Source: Octopus bimaculoides (Eukaryota). From it: DNA of 64,000 nt. The notes under the pieces were generated by a model. It did not search any database. It had not been told where the DNA came from and was given only the letters and a program-made list of their open reading frames with translations. The stretch spans positions 44,121,081-44,185,080 of the forward strand of contig NC_068986.1 of assembly GCF_001194135.2 (NCBI RefSeq). The letters are read 5' to 3'. How positions within the stretch are numbered: position 1 is the first letter of the stretch; each line of letters opens with the position of its first letter. This document shows, one piece after another, positions 26,324 through 40,095 of this stretch. Both the position numbers and the translations under genes were made by a program.

Positions 26324-29300
26324 TGTGTGTGTGTGTGTGTGTATCTTTATATATACATTTATATATTATTTCAAATAAATATACACACGCACACATATAT
26401 GATCTTGAATTATATATAAAATTCATATATATTTATATAAAATTCATATACATTTATATATATATATAAAATACACATATATTTGTATATATATAAAATT
26501 CACATATATTTATATAAAATTTATATATATGAATGAATTTAATGAGGGTCTTGCAGCTATTCAACTATTCCTGCTACTGCAATATCTTAAAACATCTCTT
26601 CTTTTGCAATGTGTTACATATACATTTCACAAGTCATTAAAAATGCAATCTTCAGAAACAATAACGCTAAATTGTTGTTTTTTGTTTTTTTTAATCCATC
26701 AATATAATCATCATTATCACTGTTAGGCTATATTTTAATGTAGTAGCACGTGCAAGAATGACTTTACACTAAGAGCAGCTACAAGAATATTTTGTGTATG
26801 AATATGCGCTTGTGTATGTGTGCGTGTGATTGCTTTCTTCGGCACAAGACCAGTTGTTGCAGAAAAGCGGGCTTTTAGTTGCTTATGCAGAAAGATTCAA
26901 GCATATATATATATTATTTGCATGAATATTCTCAATCCTAAACGAATGAAAGGCAAAAAAAGACGACCTAGATGATATTTGAAATCAGGATCCTTGATAC
27001 AATAAACGAAATATCTTGTAATGCGTTATCCGGCACTCTTATGGTTCGGCCAATTTTCCTGTAACTCACAAATATGCATGTGATGCATATAAGAATTCTT
27101 TTTAAAAAATGATAAAAACCAATTAAAATTACATAATACGAGCATCCTTCTACCTGCACATTGAATTCAGAGAATACAATATTTACGCATATTGAACAAT
27201 AATTGATTTCTTACCAATATCATAACTCCCGATAAATCTTGCACAAGGATGAAACGAACAAAATTTGTTCCAATGAAGACGGAAAAACACAAAATGAAGA
27301 GGGTCCTAAACAGGGGGGACAACTTTGGAGTAGTACAGTGTTTCCGACGATGTAAATGGTCGTCAAAATGTAACCGAACTATCAATTGAGGTTGCAGTTT
27401 ATCTATTTTGTGGGGAAATTATTAATTATTTCAAAGAACTTTTTTAATTTGTAAGATTCAAATATACTTCCATTGCAGAATTTACTGAAAATAAAATGGC
27501 CAAAATTAAAAACACGTTAGAATTTAAGTTATCTGCCCATTATTTAACATCAACATTAGTGTAACTAAACACATTACATATATTATAAGTCTCATTATAA
27601 TCAAGTGTTCTACTACACCTGTTTAGAGAAATAGAAAGAAATAACCAACGAAGTATGTTGTTATTTATTCCAAGATGACCATGACTGGGCAGACCTATAA
27701 CCCAAGGCATTTCATCTAGAACAAGATTGTCCTTCTCTTTTAAGACAGTAAAGAGTGATTTGAGAGAGTTTTAATTGCCATAACTAGCAGGTTGGGGTTC
27801 CCCCGTTAGTTCGTTGTGACTGGAAGGTACTGTCTTGTATTTAGATCAAAATTATTCTTACTAGTTTTAGAAATCTGAAAAGCCCAAAGCTAAAATATCA
27901 CATAAATGATTACGGTTTACTTGATTTTTAAATATAATTTCATATATACTCTAACACAAACACCTTTTGGGTCAAGAAGTAATTATTCATTGTATATGTT
28001 GTTAAAAATGAAAACATTTATTGTTTATATGATTATTATTGTCAGAAAGCTCTTTTTCCTCATCAATCATATTCTTTTGTGTAATTTTGATGGCTCCTTT
28101 CCAACTGAAATTTTCGTCATAGTCTACCTTATTAGCTGCCCTTGGGAAATATCAATCACACACAGAGGCGCTACAATAATAATACCTACGAACCTGCTGC
28201 AAATAAATCCCCAGTTATTTTCGTCCGGATTAGTGAGATAATAAACACGATGAAATAATGAGAAATTTAATTATTGATATGTTACTGGGACAAGTAAGAA
28301 AAAATAAGCTGGATGAAAAAGAAAACACCCGAAAACGACTTTGAAACATTGATTAGTGACACTAAAATATTTAGAAACAGTTTTGCTTTGGGATTTACTA
28401 AATTTATCTCGAGAAGATACCACCGACTGTCACACATATCAGTACAAATAGAATGAAATAAAATGAACTTGCTTCAAAAACCTTTCAAAAGGGATTTATT
28501 TTGAATGTGTTGCGATTCTACGTTACTTGAATAATTGACGTATCACGTGAAGGGCAAATACTCTTACTATTTCTGATTCTCCCATTTGAGAGAAATATTG
28601 TCGAAGAACGAAGAATGAGAACCAATTGTTATTGAAATTTGGGACAAAGTTAGCAGTTTGGATAAACCCAATTCCGCCCGCCCAACTGTTTCACCTGGAA
28701 ATGTCGGACATTACGACACATCACAAAATGAGAGTGTTATTTTTCCGGATAAAGGCAAAAATTTTTTATTCCACTTTATTTCATTTGAGAATATTACAAT
28801 AAAAATTCATCAGAAAACAATTCCATGAAAAAGAGCATAAATTCCAGCGGGACGCTAATAAAGTCAGAAACTTCTTTGTCGCAGTCCAGCTTGCTTGAGG
28901 TTGGAAAATGTATTTTACGGACAGATTACGTTGTTTCAGTACATTATTCCGTTCAGTTAGTGATGAAGCGAATGTGTTTTAAACGGTGATGTCCTGTATG
29001 ATACTCGTGCCACTCAACCAAAAGTAAAGAATCAGTTCACCAGCTCCTCGTCGTTCTTGGACAATCCCACTGGCTATGTGTCGTTTAATGATTAGATTTA
29101 TTTCGTTGTAGCGACCTGTTTTGAACCATCATGACGATCCATGAAGTCTCCGAAATTGAAGGGCTTATCATAACAACACCTCATTCCTCTCCATACACCA
29201 TCTGAGGGTAATTTCTCGATATAAATATGAATCTAAGGCTAATTCTGATGTGGAGCTCATCTGGCTAAGTAAACAACCGATGTTTCTCACTCACAGACAG

Positions 29301-29952
29301 TATTTTGAATATTGTTGGGATTGATCAAAAAGAGAATAAAAAATGTGTTTTCATGGTAATTGTCCTAAACGTAATCAAGTTTTCCTGCTTCAGGACTAAC
29401 AATCCAAACTCCCTCCACATTTGTAGAGCATCATCCACCTTCCTGATCAAACCAGTCCATGTTGGAAAGGAGAGAATGCTGCCCATCAAAGAGGAACAAA
29501 GATGAATGCATCGAAGGAAGCGGGAAAGAGACAGAGAAGAGCATTTGCGTAAACCTTGAATCGTTTACGATCAGTTGCCGGGACAAACAATACCGAAGTG
29601 AGCTTGACATTGACTAAACTTTCAAGTTTTTCATAAATTAGATTGTCAAAGAGTTGCAGGAAGCCGAATGAGAAACTCGTCCTCAAAATGTATACTAACT
29701 TAGAGATAGTTAAATAATTTCTAAGAATAAGTCTTGATGGAGCTCGACTACATTAATGTTTTCGAGTAATTGCTTGAGCTTTAACATATTAGAAGAAAAA
29801 AAAGCTTAGAAGCATGATTGGGAATCGAGGCTCCAAAGGAAACAAGCTCCGAATGCGGAGGGGATACTATGAAGGTGAAGAATTCGGTAAATAAATCAAA
29901 CGTAGCCTGGTGTAGCGAAAATAAATGACTGAGTATTCAAAGTTCACCTGGC

Positions 29953-30090
29953 AACACAAAGGCCGAGTTGGTGACCAAGATCAAGGAGGTGTTCGAAGAT
30001 CTTCCCGTGGCAACAGTGGGGAACACATGCGCCAGGTTCCGGAGCTGTCTTAAAGCCGTGGCGGAAGCAGGAGACAGCTACATTGAGTAA
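29953..30090 (+). mobile_element. Tc1/mariner transposase C-terminal fragment
   Basis: Reads NTKAELVTKIKEVFEDLPVATVGNTCARFRSCLKAVAEAGDSYIE*, typical of the last helices of mariner/maT-type transposases. Confidence 0.75.
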
Positions 30091-30259
30091 ACTGTTATCA
30101 CCCAGCCATAATTTAGTCGTTATTTTATGATCTTTTAAAATATATTAACTACAGAATATTGGGGCATATAGGCTCTTATAAGACTAATGCCTATATTTTA
30201 CGTTACCGGGTCTTATATGCCCTAACGGATCATGGCGGGTACATCTAGTTTTTATACAA

Positions 30260-33120
30260 AGGTGGTGAGCCGGTAGAATTGTTAGTATGCCGGGCAAAAT
30301 GCCGACGGGCATTTCTCCCTGCTTTATGTTCTGAGTTCATATTCTGTCGAGGTCGACTTTGCCTTTCATTTTATTGGGATCGAGAAAATAAGTACAAGCT
30401 TCAAGTTATTCGGCTTGAGAAGTCTCGATACTGAATTTAATAATGCGTTTGTCTCTCAGTCGATTGGCACAATCGTTAGGGCGTCTAACAAAATCTATAC
30501 GGTATTTAGTTAGAGCTCTTTACGTTTTGAGTTCAGATCCTACCAAGATCAGCTTTTGTTCAATGATGGGGTGGATAAAATAAAGTGCCAACGATATGCA
30601 AAGATAGATTTATCATTCCTATAAAGCGTCATAGATGTGAATGAAATTATAATACAAGACTGAGACTATCTGTCACTTGAGAGATCATAAATCATTATTC
30701 GACCAATGATGCGTTTTAAAGAAGTGTTATTTTTGTTTTTAGCAGAGTTTTCTTTTCGCTTTAATCACCAGGGTATTGGTTAAGGATTTAAAGCAACTGT
30801 TCCGAATATATCACTACAATTGCTACAATAGTAGTAATATACGAGGGGTGCTAAAATGTTCCTGGCTTTGGGTTAAAGAAAATACAGAATGATCAGTTAA
30901 TTATGATTTTATTCAACATATTTCCCTCTCAGATTCGTACACCTATTACAGTTTTTTTAAGCCTTGAAAAAGAACTTGGAAGGTTGCGATACCCTTAAAG
31001 CCAGGAACTTTTCAGCACACCCTCGTACTTTTTGTCCCCATAAGGTGGCGAGCTTTTAGAATCGTTTGCACGCTGGGCAAAATGCTTAGCAACATTTTGT
31101 CCGTCTTTACGTTCTGAGTTCAAATTCTACAGAGGGCGACTTTACCTTTTATCCTTTCAAGGTTGATAAAATAAGTACCAGCTGAGTTATAGAGTCGCTG
31201 TAATTGACCTACTCTCCTTATTTATTTACCGTTACTTTGCATATATCCAAAACCACGACAGATTGGTATGTGTAATTAGTAAATGGAAAAGCATGCGACG
31301 TAAAAAGAGTTAATTTCGGCCGGTATGTGTGTACACGTTTCCGTAGTAGTAATTCACAAATAGGGATAGAATGAAGTTGTAAGAGAAAAGAAACTGAGTT
31401 AGTGAAAGTTATAGAGTCGAGGGGGGTTGTGTATCATAGTCGCTGATTGTAACCTTCTTTCTCCCTCTGGCCGTTTGTCTTTAGTGGCTGCCTGCTTGTG
31501 GCCATGACTCTAGTTGGTCTCTGTTCACTAACTGATGATGGTTACTTTCACTAACTCTTTATTTGGCTCTACGGCCATAACACAGAGGGGACACTACAAG
31601 GACAGACAGAACATCACAGTGGGGACAAAAAATATAAAACGAATGAAAATGAAGATGTTATATAATGAAAACGAGATGGTTGCATGGGCCCAACTCCCAT
31701 ACAGTACCATTTGAACGTTTAATACACTGTTTACAATCGTTCATTTTCCTTTGTTTTTTTTCCCTTATCATCTTTTTTTCCTCTCTTTTTTTTAAATATT
31801 TTTACTTTTTTTCAATAAACAGTTTTACTTACTTTTTTCCTTTTTTAGTATTTCATAAAAGGTTCAAGATCTTTCAGTTCTACTACTGGTGGCAATTCAT
31901 CGAATTCCACCGCTACTCCTGGCGGATCAATTCCCCTTCCACACATGTCTCTCAGCCTGTTGTATTTCTCCCTGTCGACCACAATGGCCTTCACAATTCT
32001 AGTATTTATAACTATCCAAAACCAGCTAGAAGGATAGACATATTGTTGAGAACAATAGATTTTGTTGGTGGTACCTGTTATCTCTATTCTAGCCTTTGGT
32101 GACCTAGAAAAGGTTAGAAGGGTCAGGTAGCAAAGACATTATTTTGCTTAGCGAAGGCATCTTTCAAATGTAGCTGCTGTCACTCACAGAAAAACTATTG
32201 TTTTACCGTGAGAAAAGCGCTGTTGAACTGTTAAGTGAAATTTGGCGATCGAGGATCGAATCCACGTTATGCCTGCATGAAACTACTACAATCTTCTCTA
32301 AATGCATTACAAACACTATAACATATTCAGAACACTATTCCAGAAAATTATCACCGTTCTCTGAGTATATAATAGACATCTTTAGTTGGGACAAAATGAG
32401 TAGACAAGATACGGTAAATTTGCCTCTTCATTTTTCCAGAATTACATTTGAAAAATGACTCATGGACATCAATATCCATTCTTTGAAATCAGAAATGCAA
32501 CAAAAATTTTAAATATTTAGGTTAAATTAAAGAGAATCATGGGAAAATTGTACGATACTGAAATCAACAAAACTTGACAAAATCCAAAGACTCAATATAA
32601 GATATTCTCTATAGCTTCTTCATAATCTGTAGGAGTGGGTCTTTCCGAGATATTTACACATCATGCAGTTAAAGAGAAGAAATTATTGAAATTAGTCATT
32701 ACTCATTTTGCCCCAGTTTGGATATCATATTCTGATAATTGAAACTTATCAAATTAGACATTAGTGTGGGAAAAAATTGACTTGGAATCCAACAGAGGAA
32801 AGAATATTGATTGCTAAACACCAAAAATTATCCAGATATTTTATTGGCAACCTCAGTTACAATCGGGTCAAAGTTGAAGGAAAATGTCTTGAAAAAAAGG
32901 TACCTGCATCTGACTATGTTTCAAATTTTCTCAACTTCAACAACTAAACTGACCAATTTTTACTCCTAAAAGTGATGCAATACGCGGAAACGTTAGCATG
33001 TCGGGCAAAATGCTTAGCGGCATTTCGTCCATCTTTGCATTCTGAGTTTAAATTCTGCTGGAGTCGACTTCACCTTTCATCCTCTCGGTGTCGATAAAAT
33101 AAGTACCTGTTGAACACTGG
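30260..33120 (+). mobile_element. Several copies of a second tRNA-derived SINE family (C)
   Basis: Copies at ~30260-30410, 30470-30600, 31045-31215 and 32985-33120 share gttagca(t/c)g(c/t)cgggcaaaatgc...ttctgagttcaaattc...gtcgactttgcctttcatcc...gataaaataagtac. Diverged copies also lie at ~60610-60850. Confidence 0.7.
30842..31025. mobile_element. Mariner-derived MITE (184 bp)
   Basis: TIRs CGAGGGGTGCTAAAATGTTCCTGGCTTT / reverse complement CGAGGGTGTGCTGAAAAGTTCCTGGCTTT, flanked by TA on both sides. Confidence 0.85.
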
Positions 33121-36100
33121 GTGGGGTGGGGTGGGGNNNNNNNNNNNNNNNNNNNNNNNNNNNNNNNNNNNNNNNNNNNNNNNNNNNNNNNNNNNNNNNN
33201 NNNNNNNNNNNNNNNNNNNNNNNNNNNNNNNNNNNNNNNNNNNNNNNNNNNNNNNNNNNNNNNNNNNNNNNNNNNNNNNNNNNNNNNNNNNNNNNNNNNN
33301 NNNNNNNNNNNNNNNNNNNNNNNNNNNNATTTCCTGGCCTTGTATCAAAATTTGAAGCCAATTAGTTGATACAATGCAATATCAAGATAGTTTGTAGATA
33401 ATCATTATGGTTATATTTTCCAAATATTCTTAAGTTTCTTTGTTTCAAAGAGAATGTCTTTCATTCCTATCAAAATACCTTGATATATTATTCTATTATC
33501 AATGAATCAAGCAATCAAAATAATTATTTAATTTCTATTAAATAATAATAATTTTTTGTCGAACTAAAGTAAAAGAGTGCCATCAGTATACAGAATGGTT
33601 TGAACTCCACCTACGTTTGATGCTCTTACAGTTGATATAAATGGTAAACAATAACTATTTGAATGCGTTACTTTTGGAGAAGTCAAAATTTATATCGTTT
33701 TATATCTGACGCTGTGGTATTGATTTTCACCATGCTTCATTTAATATAAATTATATAAAAAAGAAAAATATCTATTCCTGTTTATTGTAAGTTAACTAGC
33801 TATTAGACGAGAAAAAAATTCTGACAAAATTCGTAAACACTATTGAATCGAAATTAAGCGAGATATTATCATTTTGTTGTCTGAATTATTATATATGAAA
33901 ACTATACAAAACAACAGGAAAAAGAGGAATATCTTTGATAATTTTAACAATTGATGAAAAAATTCAGTTAATTCGCAGAAAAGGAACTCGTACAAAGGAA
34001 CACCGATACTTCTTGTCCGAATTAATTAAATGTATTTAGTGCTTTTTTATTAAATTTATATTTGGAATTTATTATTATAATGATGTCGAATTTGTCACTG
34101 ATTAAAAAAATACTTTATGCACTAAAATAAATAAATAAAACTGTCAATACAATCGTGTTAGAGAGTATCATATTCAATCTTCTCTGTTGCAAGTGTTCGA
34201 ATCACGCTGTAAGTGTTTGGTTACAGAAAATTTTGTTTATAATCTAAATTAGACACATTGAATGTACTGTTCATATACGTGGAATTAAATGCACTACTGG
34301 GAGATTGTAAACAGAATATTTTTTTCTCCTTTAAAATTCTTCGATGTAGTATATTCTCAAGACATTCTCAGTAACCATAGAGTAGAGGTAAGCTCTCGGC
34401 CTGTCGAGTTTGCGACCCGTTTTCTACTCCCAGTTGTAGATATTTAGCACGTTACTTCTGCTTTTATGAGACATGAACACCAACAAATCGATATAAATAT
34501 CTATTCTGTATAAATCAGTTCTAGTAGGAAGTAGCTTTTTGTCTTTATTTACACTGTGTTTCAATTATTTTAGATGGGAGAACATTTTAATAATATTTCT
34601 TAGCTGCTTTTCGAGTAAATTTGGTGTATTTTGAATATGCTTTCTGCAACTTCATTTATTTTTTTCGGCGAGCAGCGTGGGATTTTAAATAAGTATTTCC
34701 ATATAATTATCTTGATTAGTTGATTGAAAAGATATATATTTTTGTCGTCGATCTCTGTAATACCACGCTTTAACATTTATCCTAGTTTTAATTAGCTTAA
34801 ACTAAATTAATTGCTGAAAAAAAAAGAAAAAACAAACAACATAAAAATTCTCCCCTCACTTTGTATTACATCATTTAAAATTTTTTTATTTTACACAGCT
34901 AATTTAAAATAAAGAATATTTTTAATGTCCAGTAAATGCTATTATTTGAAGAAAGACTAATAAAAAAAAATGCTGAAGAATTATTTATTTTTTTCTCCGG
35001 TATTGTCTTTCAATATATTTATTCATTGTCACCGGTCGATGTAAGTAAGCGGTAAAATGCTCAGAAATTGAATTATTTTGATGAATATTTAGTCCGTTTT
35101 AAGAATTTCCTAAATTTAAAATCTATTCTAAATGCAATTTCATTCTGTCTATTTATTCTTTAATAATATTTCCTCCCCTCAACTTTGGCCTTGTTTGTTC
35201 TTATTCTTCTTATAAAGGAAATCGCTTCATAAATCTCGAGCGTATTTTTCATGTTCCATATGTTAGTTAAAATAATTTGATTTAAAGCTATGATTTTTAA
35301 AACACAATTGTTAATTGATACGTTACTTTTTTCTACAATAATGCTTCATTACGTTATTACTTGAACATTTTTTATTCAGGTCGACGTTAACGAATTACCA
35401 ATTATTGTTGCATGTTTTTCAAGTGCAAAATTCAATTAGATATGGAGACGGTGATAGTCCGTTATTTTATCTCTGCACAAATTTGTCTAAAGCATATTAT
35501 CAAATTTTATTTAAATAAACCAGAAATTACTACGTATTTCCAAGATGCAGCTATATCTTATTACCTTAAATTTCCGACAGTCTTTTGACATGATGTATGT
35601 TTGTTCCTCTTTATGTCTTTCAGGAAATTCTCTTTTTGCATTACCAAACCACGTTGTTTCTCACATTTCATATAATTATGCATTTTTTTTTTAATTCAAA
35701 ATATTGGCAATTCTTATTAACATTTAGTTTATCTTGTTAGTTAGTCTGCTTTCTCTAAATATAAGCGGTTCTTAACTTCGATGACATTTTTTTTCTCAAT
35801 GGATTCCACTGAGAAATGCCATTGTCCTTTAATACGGAAAGGAGAAAGGGCCCCATAGAATGAAACACTTTTCTCCGAAATTTATTCTGCCATTGTTTTT
35901 TTTTTCTGTCATTCATTCACTATGTTAGTTTTATAATAATCTGAAATAATTAGTTGTTGTGTGACTAATTTAACTGCATAAATGACCTCTGCAGCGACAG
36001 ATCTAAGGTGCCTGAGTATTCCTGTACAATAAAAAAAATGTATAAACAAAAAGCAAAAACCTAACCTGCGAAATAAAACTGAAATGGGAAAATTCAGGAC

Positions 36101-36896
36101 ATCGTCTATTTATTATATTTTGTATTGTGTTTTCAAGATCTAATTGTCGAAGAACTTTCAGTAAAAAACAATGTAACTTGTGGTTTTACTGAGTTACTAA
36201 TGGTTATTAAATATCCACTACCACCTCAATTCCTGTTTGTCAGTTACCCTCTCTGTGTGTGTGTGTGTGTGTGTGCAATTTCTTACTTAAAAAGTATAAC
36301 TAAGAATTTTAAACTATTCCCAAGTATTTTTCACGTTTTTGTTTTTTCATTTGTTGTGTATCCAGTTTATAGGGCGTGATGGAAATAAAGTTATACTTTT
36401 TGGCGGAATTTTGGTTCAAGTACCCCATATAACCCCTCATAACTTTTTTATCTTTTCAAATTTTAAGAAGATTTTGACGAATTTGTGTTCTACACTCAGG
36501 GATTTCATACGATTATTAAAAAAAAAATGTGTGTGATTTAAGGGCTATTTAGCTGTTATTTTTAGCACATCTCACGACTACCTGATACCTTCCTTGTTTC
36601 TTTGTCACTCTGATATGTATTCATGTTTTAAATATTTTTCTCCCCATAAACACATTTAATGGAATGATGCTGCACCCAAGAGCGGTCCATTGCTAGGATC
36701 TAAGCAGAAAATTCAGACTGTCCGTATTTTAACCCTTCGTGGGCTTGCTCATTTCAGTACTATCCATAAAGAAATATTTGTTTAATCTCGTATATATATA
36801 TATATATATATGTGTGAGTGCATGATAAAGAACAAGAAATTTAGCATCTTATAGGTATATATTTGTAATTATTGGCGTTTAATGGAGGGGAATTCA

Positions 36897-37345
36897 TCAT
36901 CATCGTTTAACGTCCGCTTTCCATGCTAGCATGGGTTGGACGATTTGACTGAGGACTAGTGAACCAGATGGCTACACCAGGCTCCAATCTGATTTGGCGG
37001 AGTTTCTACAGCTGGATGCCCTTCCTAATGCCAACCACTCCGAGAATGTAGTGGGTGCTTTTACGTGCCACTGGCACGAAGGCCAGTCAGGAGGTACTGG
37101 CAACGGCCACGCTCAAAATGGTGTATTTTACATGCCACCTGCACAGGAGCCAGTCCAGCGGTACTGGCAATGAACTTGCTCGAATGTCTTTTCACGTGCC
37201 AGGAAGGCGACGTTGGTAACGATCACGCTCAAATGATGCTATTTATGTACCACCGGCACGGAAGCCAGACATCTGGTGCTCTGGCAACGATCACGCTCGG
37301 ACGGTGCTCTTAGTAATCTACTGGCACAGGTGCCATCACTGACTG
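36897..37345 (-). mobile_element. Young RTE-type 3'-end element, long copy
   Basis: catcatcatcgtttaacgtccgctttccatgctagcatgggttggacgatttgactgaggac... is near-identical to copies at 12394, 40135, 41244-41378 (opposite strand), 49085, 50567 and 51460. Confidence 0.85.
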
Positions 37346-38115
37346 AAAGAAATCAACATTTATTATAGTTTTATAAACTGTACAATATAGCACTAAATAT
37401 GAAATAAAACAAAATTATTTAGTATATCGATTCATACCAGCACAAATATGAAGAGAATTGACTTAAAGTTCATCAGAATATCTGAAAAAAGAAGAGAAAA
37501 AGATAATTTCACAGTTGAACCCCAATGACCATAATTTATGCTTAACATCCATATGACGGGAAATTTTTAACTCGAAATTTGTATGCACATACATAAACTA
37601 GCAACAATAGATGTCATGAGATATTAAATCGTTTAAATAAAAAAATGTAAAAGTTGCATAACTTTTAAAATTTGCTGGGGTCCCAAGGGGCCCCATCGGC
37701 TCACAAAGGGTTAAAGAAAATTCGTAAAAGAGTGGAACTTTAAGATTTATGGGGGAGAGGGAATAGTTTAAAAAATTTAAAAAACATTTTTTTTTTTTGC
37801 ATAATCATATGAAATTCTGTGTAGAACACATTTGCAAAAATTTTCTGAAAATTATGAAAAACAAAAAGAAGTTACAAGGGGGTATATGGGATGCTTAAAC
37901 CAGAATTTCACTGCCTTTTATTATATTTGCAATGTATATGAAACAACTATAAGAATCAAAACTATACTATGATTGAATTCAATTAGCCTAGAAAATACCG
38001 TTATATGATGTTACTGCATACATGTTACATTCTCAGACATTTTTAAAATCATCTCCGTATAATGCTATTTCTTGTTCTTGTTGCAGTCTTCAACTCCTTA
38101 ATAAAACGTTCTAAT

Positions 38116-38359
38116 ATGTCAGGAAAAATTGGTAGTAATACAAACGATCCATTAACAGCTAATTCTCGGCTGTTTGTTGGAAATTTAAATACATTTGCAC
38201 TAAGTCAAAAGGATATTGAACAAATATTTAGACGATATGGATTTGTTATTGGTATTTCCATTCACAAAGGATTTGCTTTCATCCAATATTCAACTGAACA
38301 AGAAGCAAGATCAGCACTCAACAGTGAAAATACAAAAACTTATGCAAATCAGCAACTAG
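38116..38359 (+). CDS. HNRNPC: hnRNP C/RALY-family RNA-binding protein, first coding exon (most of the RRM)
   Basis: Translates MSGKIGSNTNDPLTANSRLFVGNLNTFALSQKDIEQIFRRYGFVIGISIHKGFAFIQYSTEQEARSALNSENTKTYANQQL. It has RNP2 (LFVGNL) and RNP1 (KGFAFIQY) and closely parallels hnRNP C (SRVFIGNLNT...SVHKGFAFVQY). Acceptor ttgttcttgttgcag ends at 38086 (exon starts 38087), ATG is at 38116, and donor G|GTAAGT is at 38360 (phase 1). The symbol denotes the family; orthology is not established. Confidence 0.93.
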
Positions 38360-38689
38360 GTAAGTGTATTTTCAGGTATTTATTGTTTGCACTGTTAAGG
38401 ACGAAACAGTTTGTTTTCTTGGCCTCTACCTTATAATTTGTTAAAGATATTTCCAGAGAAAATACATATGTAATAATGAATGATCTAAAATTATTGGGTT
38501 TCACTGAAAGGGAGACGGGGTTAAAATATCACAAGAATTATTGTATTACACAGCTCCCTGTCATGTACCAACATGGAAAATCAGATGTTAAAACGGTGAT
38601 ATAATGATATTTATTTCTAGCATAGGCACAAGGCCTTGAATTTTTGATGAGAGTATAATTAAATCAACTTCTACTTGACTAGTATTTTG

Positions 38690-39000
38690 TTTTAAAGTCT
38701 TCCTGGATCTACCTCCTCCACAGGTTCCCTCCCCCCAGTTAGAGATTGACACATCTTTATATAGCTGTCCTTATCCCATGACCATACCAATGCAGTCTTC
38801 TCTCTTGTACACTACATCTGATGCCTTTTATATTCAATTTTTCTCTTAAGCCACTTACACTCTGTCGTATGTGCATATTGACATTGCACATCCAGCAGAG
38901 CATACTAGCTTCATTGTTTTCAAGCCTTCACATGTTCTTTGCAGTCACAGCCCATGTTTCACTGCCATGTAGCATGGCTGTTTGCTCACAGGCATCTACA
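38690..39000 (-). mobile_element. Intronic RTE LINE RT fragment
   Basis: Minus strand MLHGSETWAVTAKNM*RLENNEASMLCWMCNV...VQERRLHWYGH. Confidence 0.75.
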
Positions 39001-39774
39001 TTAAAAAGATACTACTATCAACGGTCTAAAATGGCTAGTTGTACAAAAAAAAAATTTTTTAATGAAAAAGGTACTATAGGTGAGCCACTGTAAAATTGAT
39101 TATTGTTTTGTTAAGATTGGAAATGAATAGGACAGCCTCTTGTGTATTACCCACAGATTCTGATCCTTGAGCAACCCTAGTGGTATGTTTATGTTAGTGG
39201 GAAACCTTTCCTACCATTTCCCTCTGACAAACAATCTTGTTACCAAAGAAAAGTTGCAAATAGATGGCAGTGCTACAAAAGTCTTCTGTTACTTTCAAAT
39301 TTGGTGTATGATTCAAATGCAACAGACTGAACTCTGCTAAAGGCACTCACAGTGTTTTATTCCAACACTTGCACTAGATTGTATATTTATTTTTCTATAA
39401 TTCTGAGGCAGTCATCATTATTTACTATCCACTTTTCCATGCTCAAATGGGTTGGAAGGAATTAGTTGAGGCAAATTCTTTATGGCCAGATGCCCTTCCT
39501 GTTGCCAACTCTTGCCTGTTTCTGAGTATGGTAATGTTTCCTAATGATCAGACATGTCTTGGAAGATTAGAAATGAAGTACACTGCATGCGTGATAGTAA
39601 CACTTACAACTATCACATGATGTCAAGGCAAGGAGACAGCAAAACACACACACACACACACACAGATATATCATCATCATCATCATCATCATCTTTTAAC
39701 ATCTGCTTTCCATGCTGACATGGGTTAGATGGTTTGACTGGAACTGGTAAGCCAGAGAGCTGCAGCAGGTTTCA

Positions 39775-39936
39775 GACGCAGACGTGGCTGTGTGGTAAGA
39801 AGCTTGCTTCCCAACCACATGGTTCCAGGTTCAATCCTACTGCATGGCACCTTGGGCAAGTGTCTTCCACTATAGACTTGGGCTGACCAAAGCCCTGTGA
39901 GTGGATTTGGTTAGTGGAAACTGAAATAAGCCCGTC

Positions 39937-39974
<38 letters not shown>

Positions 39975-40055
39975 TATATACTTTTATAAAACAAAATTTT
40001 ACAAAATATATAGTATCTGTTAACAGTCTTAGCAAAAAGCTCACAGGTGAGTTTT

Positions 40056-40095
<40 letters not shown>

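Noticed and set aside
28900-29700. GC-richer segment with short ORFs
   Set aside because: All frames I translated are interrupted and show no recognisable motif. Probably a decayed element; left unassigned.
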